Positions 55,972 through 64,000 of a stretch of DNA of 64,000 nucleotides are shown in pieces. The translations under genes were made by a program, and so were the position numbers. The notes beneath the pieces are model-generated. The model saw nothing but the letters and a program-made list of their open reading frames with translations. It did not search any database and had not been told where the DNA came from. The stretch comes from Chrysomallon squamiferum. Lineage: Eukaryota > Animalia > Mollusca. The stretch's first letter is position 1. Every line of letters starts with the position of its first letter. The stretch lies in the NCBI GenBank assembly GCA_012295275.1, contig CM022666.1, forward strand, positions 2,976,001 to 3,040,000. The letters are read 5' to 3'.

Positions 55972-56191
55972 AAATAAAGAAGTACGTAAGAAATTAAATA
56001 AATAAGTAAGTAAGTAAATAAATAATAAATAAACTGTTTAAAGTCAACATATTATTGAGATTTTACAAAAACACTTTTGTTTTTAAATTCACCGGTCAAG
56101 CTTCGCTTGTTAATTACTAGTCAGCTCATCATAAGTCGTTGACTTGTTATTGCATTCGCATCATTACTGTCATGATGCAACTGATGATTCC

Positions 56192-56246
56192 ATGGCAACA
56201 GTATCATTCCAATTTGCAAAATATTACATATTTAGATTCACGGCTG
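56192..56246 (+). CDS. Candidate first coding exon for the 57.5-kb ORF (MATVSFQFAKYYIFRFTA)
   Basis: tccATGGca start, open for 18 codons plus 1 nt, followed by CTG|GTAACC. The phase 1 end matches the AG at 57497-57498. The donor is only moderate. Confidence 0.2.
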
Positions 56247-57482
56247 GTAACCGCGCTAATGTTTTGGAAGGATGAAAAATAAATAGGATATTCCATGTTT
56301 GAGCACGTTCACCAACATCACAGAAATACAAAAAAAAAAAAAAAAAAAAAACAACGTTTTACTGGATGGTTGACCAAACATGTTTTTGTATAGACGTACC
56401 TGTATCATACGATCATCATATAGGTATATATTATAAACAAAATTCTTTTAATCAGTGGACTAATAAACAGGATTCTGCATGGATGTGGATATATATATAT
56501 GTGAACGTTATACAGAACTGTTTTACCGTGTCAACCAAAAAAACATGGTTTTGTAACTGGAATGGATATGATTAACTGAACGACATATAAACATACAGAA
56601 GGGTTTTGACTGATTAAACAAGGTTTTCCATAGATATGGATGTATGTGAATAAATCAAAGTATTCTACTGTTGTGAACACAACGCGAATGTCACAGAAAT
56701 ATGCAGACATTAAATGGTGTAGGTATTTATTATTATAATGAACGTTGACAATAACGTTGCTTTGTCTCCGCTTTGACAAATGATGTGGATGTTTCTGTAG
56801 CTGTTGATGTATCGGTACACCACGTAGATATCTATATTTTATGAGTGATTAATCTTTTATTCCAGCAAAGTCGATAAACGTGTTTTGTTATTAAACTGAT
56901 TCGCAAGTTAAATGTTTCGGATTAATCATCTTAATGATTCATTTCCGAATGATTCAACATCTAAAGTCAAATGATTCTTCTTCTTGGTTGGTTCGCTTTT
57001 TTAAGTGACTAACTGTTTTGACTGAATCACAGAAGAAAGTACAACAGCGAATCATTTCTGCTGATTTATTATTTAAATGAAACGACTGATTCTCTGTCTG
57101 GAGAAATAGAATTCAGTTTCTTAGCTTTTTATTCGGGACTTAAAGGAATACACTAAATAAATTAGGTTTTTGTTTGTTCGGTTGTTTTGTTTTTAACACT
57201 GGAAAGCATTGTGTAAAACATGTTTTGGCTCATTCAGTAATTCAACAAAAAGGGCTGAATCCTTTTCATTATTCACTACAGAACGAGATTCATTGATTGC
57301 ATTACATAAGAGATTGTAGTGATTTATTTTCTGCCACGGAATCCTCAAACAGAGACCTTGAACCATTCTAAAGATATAATCTTGCGTGATTCCCTGTTTA
57401 AACAGAACAAAATCGTTCTTTTTTTTTTTTTGGTTAAATTTTTTCTTTCATTTCACTTGTTACATAAAAAGAAAAAAAAAAA

Positions 57483-57983
57483 ATGTATTTTTTCAAAGAC
57501 GTTGTTGACGAGGATGACGCACTCGCGACAGAAGACGGCAGCCCAAAGAACGGCAACGTCAAAATTTGCCGACGTCCAGTTATTCCAACGTTCAACATCG
57601 ACACAGTTTTGTCTTCGGACAACGAAACGGACAAAAGCGATTCGGAACCATCGTCTGACTGCAAACAAAAAAGAAATTGTAAACAGCAATCAAACGACAA
57701 CAACGACAACGACAACGTCTTCAGAGAGACTCCTCTGCCCGACTTCAAGACGGCTGGAAGGGGACATAGTGGCCACCGCCATTCCATCGATGTGTGCAAC
57801 TTCTTGAAAGAAACGAAAGCCTTGAAGTCGTGTCTGCGGCCGCGCGTGACGGACAGAGGGAACACCGACATGCGCAGACGATCCTTGTCCTGGGCAGACG
57901 ACATTAGCGGGAATGTTCTGGAAAGCGTTTCATATTTTCAGCAACTTTCCGCTATCCCGCAAGTGGACAGTCTTCCGGTTTGA
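57483..57983 (+). CDS. Small disordered protein or terminal coding exon with PP1-docking motifs (putative protein phosphatase 1 regulatory/targeting protein)
   Basis: The only long ORF (166 aa) with complex, non-repeat composition, in a GC-richer island. It contains LKSCL (SILK-like) ... RRRSLSWADD (RVxF/W-like) ... LESVSYF, the order seen in PPP1R3-type and PNUTS-type PP1 interactors. The ATG sits inside a T-rich tract ending ...TTTTTTCAAAG (57498), so 57499 may instead be a phase-1 splice acceptor. Confidence 0.7.
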   Translation: MYFFKDVVDEDDALATEDGSPKNGNVKICRRPVIPTFNIDTVLSSDNETDKSDSEPSSDCKQKRNCKQQSNDNNDNDNVFRETPLPDFKTAGRGHSGHRHSIDVCNFLKETKALKSCLRPRVTDRGNTDMRRRSLSWADDISGNVLESVSYFQQLSAIPQVDSLPV

Positions 57984-58595
57984 TAATAGACAACAACGCG
58001 CATACGGAAAGTGAAAACTAAACTGTGACGTCAAAAAGAGACTACTAATTTTTATTTTATTTATTTATTTATTTATTTATTTGTTTGTATATTTGTTTAT
58101 AATATTATATCCATAATGATGTCGCGGAATAGGAGAAGATGAGAGGCTTCAGCTGGTTCTAAATTGTTTTTTTTCTTTCTTTTTTTTCTTTTTTTAAATG
58201 GCGTCGGCAACAAGACTTCTATGCTAGTTCAGAGAATGCAGTTGTCTCCCCTATACTGGAGTATGTCGTATATTTTATTATACAATCAAAAATTAATTTG
58301 TAGATATCCTGACAAATTGTTCATACGAGCAGTACTGGAAAATATTCTCCTTGTAAATACGTATATCCACTATTCTACTGATAGTATGAGCTTGTGAGTG
58401 GAAAAAGTAGGAATATTGTTTAGCAGTGTATAATGATTATAAAACGAATTAATTTGTTTTTGTCTCCTATAAATCTTTCGTTATAATGCAAATACCAATA
58501 TTCTTCTTTTCAAGATGTAGATATCGTCTTTAAAGACCTCTAAATGTGCTTTCCACTTAGGAAAAGGGTTAAAATAATATTTAAAGAATAGAATA

Positions 58596-58667
<72 letters not shown>

Positions 58668-59036
58668 TAATAATAATAATAATAAAGAAGAAGAAAAAGA
58701 AAAAAGAAGAAAAAGAAGAAAAAAAAAAATTAGTCTTACTTGTATATAAATACACACTTAATACCGTTTATGAATTGTGTATAGCAATACTATTTCTTTA
58801 AGATATTCAGACAGTGCAATCCATCATCAGTAAGTGAAATTTTCTGGACATACATACATACATATATACATACACACACACATACATATTGTAATTTAAA
58901 AATAACAAACAAAAACAACATTTTATGATATTTTGAAAACATTCCTTTTGTTAATGAAAATGTTTGCTTGCAAATGTAAATGTTTCTGTTAAAGTATATT
59001 ATAAATTGTTATATTTGATTATTTATTTTTGAAAGA

Positions 59037-59100
59037 AATAAAATAGTCACTTGCACGTGTACAAAATTATTTTGTCTGTTTTTTTGTTGTTGTTTTTTTC
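59037..59100 (+). terminator. Probable polyadenylation signal of the 57.5-kb gene
   Basis: AATAAA at 59037-59042 followed by a GT/T-rich downstream tract (ttttgtctgtttttttgttgttg), about 1.05 kb after the stop codon. Confidence 0.4.
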
Positions 59101-59566
59101 TATTGTTTTCTTTATCTGCATGTCAACATTACTTTAATTCTATTGGTTGTGAAGAAAATACTATTTATTCTAGAAACACAAATATTTTGCAAAAGTTTCA
59201 TCTAATTCTTTTCTTCGAGAATTCTTCATTATTTGAACCAGACATTAATAATTATCTGTAGAAGTCTACAATTGATCCTTTACAAAAGTTCATGCACAGT
59301 CGGTGGAAAGAAAAAAGATAGGGGAAAAAAAAAAAAAAAAAAAAAAAAAGATATTACCTCAGAACCTTCTGGTACGATTGGTTCAAAATTTCATGCGCTT
59401 AGGCCAAATTAAATCTGGTTTATTATGTTTATTTTTCTTCCATCTGTTAGTTTATCTTCTTCTTCAGTTGTGGATCCATGGTTTTATATAAGGGAACATT
59501 TGCTTTTGCTTTTTCATGATGAAATATGACATTCACTATTTAATAATAATAATAATAATAATAATA

Positions 59567-59615
<49 letters not shown>

Positions 59616-60255
59616 CGACGATGAAGAAGAAGAAAAATATATAAAAATGAAGACACACGTTTCCTTCTCTGCCATATAAATGATTGATGCCTATTTGACT
59701 ATAAATGCGCTTTTTTTTTGCTTCTTAATATCTTTTTCGCTTTATATTTTCATTTTAATGATCTTGTTTTTAAACCCAATTGTCGTTCTAAGTGTCAGGA
59801 TAATACTGACAAATGTAATTTGACTTTTCAGCAATCGCTTGTCGCCGCGTTACGTCTGCCAATTAATTCTCAATTGATCACGTGACGTATTCGACAAGAT
59901 GCTATTTTCTAAACGCAGATTACGATTTGTTACAACGCAAACGCGCTTTGAATTAACTTTTTTTTTTCTCTCTCTCTCTCCTTTTTCTTTCTTTAACGGC
60001 TTGTCAGGCAATCTTTATCTTGTCGAGTTGGCTCCAGTTTTCTTTCTCTTCCTGCAGACTATCAGTTCTGATTCTAAATAAGTGACAGTTTCTAAATGAT
60101 TGCCACAGAACTGTTATAGCTGCAAAGAAAATATAAAATAAAAATATAAAATCAATATTTATCATTTCCTTTATAAGTGAATTTAATGACCTAATCGGGG
60201 GTACTAAAAGCTCATTGTAGCATCCGATGTAAGTTTTTGTTTTTTTGACTCCTTA

Positions 60256-60297
<42 letters not shown>

Positions 60298-60617
60298 TTT
60301 TTTTTTTTTCGTTTTGTTATTATTTTTTTTTTTTTTTTAATTGTGTATGTATCTGTTTTAGTGACAAACAGGGTGTTTTTTAAAGTGCTATACAAGAATT
60401 TTTTATGTATGAAAATGAATCGTAAACGTTGTGATGCAGTTTTCTGTTTGTTAATTCTTTTGTAACTTTACTTAGAATTAAAAAACAAAGTTTACATGAA
60501 GTAAAAGTACAGTATATCCTTGCTATTTATTTGTTTGTTTGTTTTGTTTTGTTGTTTGTTTTTTTTTTTTTTTTTTTTTAAGTTGTAATTCCTGCTGGGT
60601 CTTTTTACTAGTAATGC

Positions 60618-60648
<31 letters not shown>

Positions 60649-60824
60649 AACTCATTTATTATCATCAATAAAATGTATTATTATAAATAATATTGTTATC
60701 ATTGTTATTACTACTAGCACAACAACTACGACTACTACTATTACAACTATTACTACTACTACTACCGCTACTACAACTACTATTATTATTATTTACTCTA
60801 TCACAACTGATATATATATATATA

Positions 60825-60876
<52 letters not shown>

Positions 60877-61205
60877 CACACACACACACACATATACGCG
60901 ATTAAGACTGCAGTGTACTATTATCTTTTATTTAATTTGTAAAAATCCGCTCATTGATTTATCAACCATTAACATATATCTTTTCTGAGTCTCGTTCACG
61001 TGCCCATGGAACGCGTGCTTGAACTTACATGAACACGATCACGCGTCAAACGTACCGATATTAAGCTTGACTCGAACATCAGAGAACAAAATTTACGACT
61101 AAATTAGAGACGTGTAATTTCACTTACGCGAAATTTTAGACAAATCAGTTTAAAAGCATCATGATTTTCTCAAGCAGGATTCATTTTTTTTTTTTCGAAA
61201 TTATC

Positions 61206-61441
61206 CACGCACGGATCTAGGTAGGGGTCTAAAACATAGGCTCACGCCTCTTTTTAACAGACACACCCACATACACACCCACACACCCACAGACACAGAT
61301 ATCTATTTATATAGACATACATACATACTCTCATAGACATACCCATACAAATGATTTTCCTTTTTTCTGAAAGTCTTCCCGTCTCTAAATGGATACAACT
61401 GGTAACGGCCACACCCTCCTGTTTTCCTGGTTCCGCTCCTG
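61206..61441. mobile_element. Possible decayed PIF/Harbinger-like MITE
   Basis: Ends CACGCACGGATCTAGG and CCTGGTTCCGCTCCTG are 11/16 complementary and resemble the common CAGGGGCGGATCCAGG terminus. No clear TSD. Confidence 0.3.
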
Positions 61442-61722
61442 TGTTCAAAGAGTAATTTACAATTACCTCGACAACGCGAAACGATTTATAAACAGGAACT
61501 CCTAATGCTCCACCATGCTAGACTGGACGCGACGTCATTAATTGGCGGGTTTCTGAGTACACGAGAATGTTATGGGTAACTGTCACGTAACGGTGTGATA
61601 AAAATCAGTCTAGGCGTTACACGCCTCCATGTTTGTCGGCTCGTGCAGGAAAATAGTAATAATAATAATAGTAACAATAATAATAATAATAATAATAATA
61701 ATAACTGCACGGATAATCAAAA

Positions 61723-61754
<32 letters not shown>

Positions 61755-62411
61755 AAAAAAAAAACAACATAAAAAAATTCTAACACTATATTTTTATAAT
61801 AATAATAAAAAAATGATGTTAATGATCAGTGATATTTTGGTTTCATGTAACAACAAATTTTTAACCTGAACCATATTATTTTAACACAAACAGCAAGAAC
61901 AATAACTAATTAATTACAGTTATCTCCCTTGTAAACATTATGCGCATAAGGCCATTTGCTTTACATGCTGAATTTCAGCAGACGTTACCATAATAATCAG
62001 AATAAATTGTTAAGCACGTCTATCCTGGTAACAGAATATTAAGAATTTTATTTAGGATGTCTTAAGGCTGAATTAGGTCTTTATCATGATGACGTCAATA
62101 TGTTGAAAGGCCAGTAGATCTGATATCCAGGGTTCAGATACCCATCTATAGAATTAACAGTGGATGGGATGCCATTTTGTTATTTATTTTCTTCTCTTTT
62201 ATTTTATTTTATTAATTCATTTATTTATTTTTATTTTTATTATTATTATTTTATCTTTATCTTAATTTAATTTAATTTAATTTTTATTTATTTATTTAAT
62301 ATTTATTATTTATTTATTCATTTATTATTTATTTTATTTTTCATTTATTTTAGTTTTTATTATTTATTTTATTTTTTATCTTAATTTAATTTAATTTTAT
62401 TTTATTTTGAT

Positions 62412-62474
<63 letters not shown>

Positions 62475-63074
62475 CTTATATATTTATTTATGTATTTTTA
62501 TTATTATTTTTTTTTTTTATTATTACTATTTTTTTATTCCGTTTAAAATACACCCATTATTCATTAAAATCATGAAACCTAACAAAACGGCTAATAAACA
62601 TTATTGATGGTACGTTAAACACACACGCATGCTCCCAGTAACGTCAACAGATGAACGTTTTCGTTTTCTTTACAAGGAAAAATACTTCATCCTGAAACAG
62701 AAGCCATCCTACGTATTCAAGAGTTTAATTAAAATTCAACCGCAGTAAAATGGACACTGAATTCAAACATTTTGTTGCTGTCGTAACAGCAGTGTATTTA
62801 ATCACAAAGATGTCCGTGTGTTTGTGTTTCTGTATAACAGTATGTAACAAGACATGGACACAGAAACACACATGCACAGATATATATATACATATATACA
62901 CATATACATATATACATACATACATATATGTCTATTTCTACATATGTATGTGTGTATATGTATGTATGTTTGTATTTACATATGCACCTATATGTATGAA
63001 TCTAAACCGATTAAAACGTTGCTGCTATTCGATAACACGTAATGAAACTCGACTTAGGAAAACCTAGATTTCCA

Positions 63075-63200
63075 GGGAAGTAAACAGGAAAACTCTTTGT
63101 TCTCGGCTTGTGTTACGTCATTTCCGGTGGCGGCTATTATTTCATGACCGATACACGTCGGAAACGGAATAATTCATGAGTCGGAAGCAAGTTCCTGCCA
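63075..63200. promoter_or_regulatory. ETS-CRE composite promoter-like element
   Basis: TTACGTCATTTCCGG (63113-63127) resembles the overlapping ETS-CRE motif. Further GGAAGT / CGGAAA / CGGAAG cores lie nearby. Confidence 0.45.
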
Positions 63201-63760
63201 AGATCAGGGGTATCAATCACTGAATGCTGAACAGGACGTGCGTGCTTGAACCGTCGTCTGAAACGACGTTGTTCCTTCCATCCAGAACCACCTTGACTGC
63301 GTATGTTAAATAAAATAATCGGTGACTTGTTGTATGAAAAAGAGACGACGGAACGTTATCATAAACGTGGTTATTGTATGTGCATGAATGAGGGTATGTG
63401 TATGTGTGTATGTGGTGTGTGTGTGTGTGTACGTGGTGTGTGTGTGTATGTTTGTGCGCGCGCGCGCGTTTCTTTATCCGTTTTTCGCTGACTCTATTTC
63501 TCTCAGTCTGTCTTTCTCTTTCTATTTTTTCTCTGTTTTACTCTATATATATCTATTTATCTGTCTATTTTAATCTGTCTATTTATCTACCTGGCTGTCC
63601 ATCTATATATGTCTATTTATCTAATTATTCTACTCTGTCTATATATCTGTTTATCTATCCATCTATACATCTGTATGTCTATTTAACCATCTAATTCAAC
63701 TCTCTTCATTACCCACCCCTCTGAATTTAACAGGGACTTTTCAGATAACAGAATTAAATT

Positions 63761-63801
<41 letters not shown>

Positions 63802-64000
63802 CTGTTAGAACAGTTGCAATTAGTTCTAATTTTCCCGTTCTCGTTGGAGACAAAAGAGGAAATTTGTTGATTTCATTAAACGAAAATCACTACTCACGAT
63901 GACTCACGACCAGTGTTATGTGTAAAACTCACGCTACGGTGCAATGATCTTTTGCCATCCCGTCATTGTCTTGTGACTGGGATGTCACCGCAGTTAAGCG

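Noticed and set aside
57319-57904. Overlapping ORFs 57319-57807 (+), 57434-57904 (-) and 57453-57689 (-)
   Set aside because: Shadow frames of the GC-richer real exon, with no motifs and running into poly-A/T.
62100-62170. tRNA/SINE B-box-like GGGTTCAGATACCC (similar on the minus strand near 39890)
   Set aside because: No cloverleaf and no clear A-box.
723-63694. Most ORFs in the six-frame track (poly-CV, HT, SL, ER, I, Y, F, K)
   Set aside because: They are translations of microsatellites and homopolymers.

Overview
A very AT-rich, microsatellite-saturated animal genomic window ((CA)n, (GA)n, (TAA)n, (TAAA)n, poly-A). It looks like an octopod cephalopod or mollusc assembly, but that is inferred from texture only. 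Almost all ORFs in the track are translated simple repeats. The window splits at about 31.6-32.1 kb. The left half is visibly CpG-poor and A/AC-skewed. It behaves like the intron-rich body of a minus-strand gene with an NRF1/ETS promoter near 32.07 kb and a clean 33-nt exon at 27050-27082, and it carries several degenerate tandem arrays and CpG-retaining, enhancer-like islands. The right half keeps its CpGs. It contains a hAT/Charlie-type MITE, a cluster of promoter-like elements and a recent ~570-bp inverted duplication with arms 4.7 kb apart. It also holds the one convincing coding exon (57483-57983 +), a small disordered protein with a PP1-docking cassette (KSCL / RRRSLSW-AD / LxxVxxF) and a calcineurin PxIxIT-like motif. 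No rRNA, tRNA, CRISPR array or autonomous transposon is supported. All motif counts were made by eye and no database searches were run.
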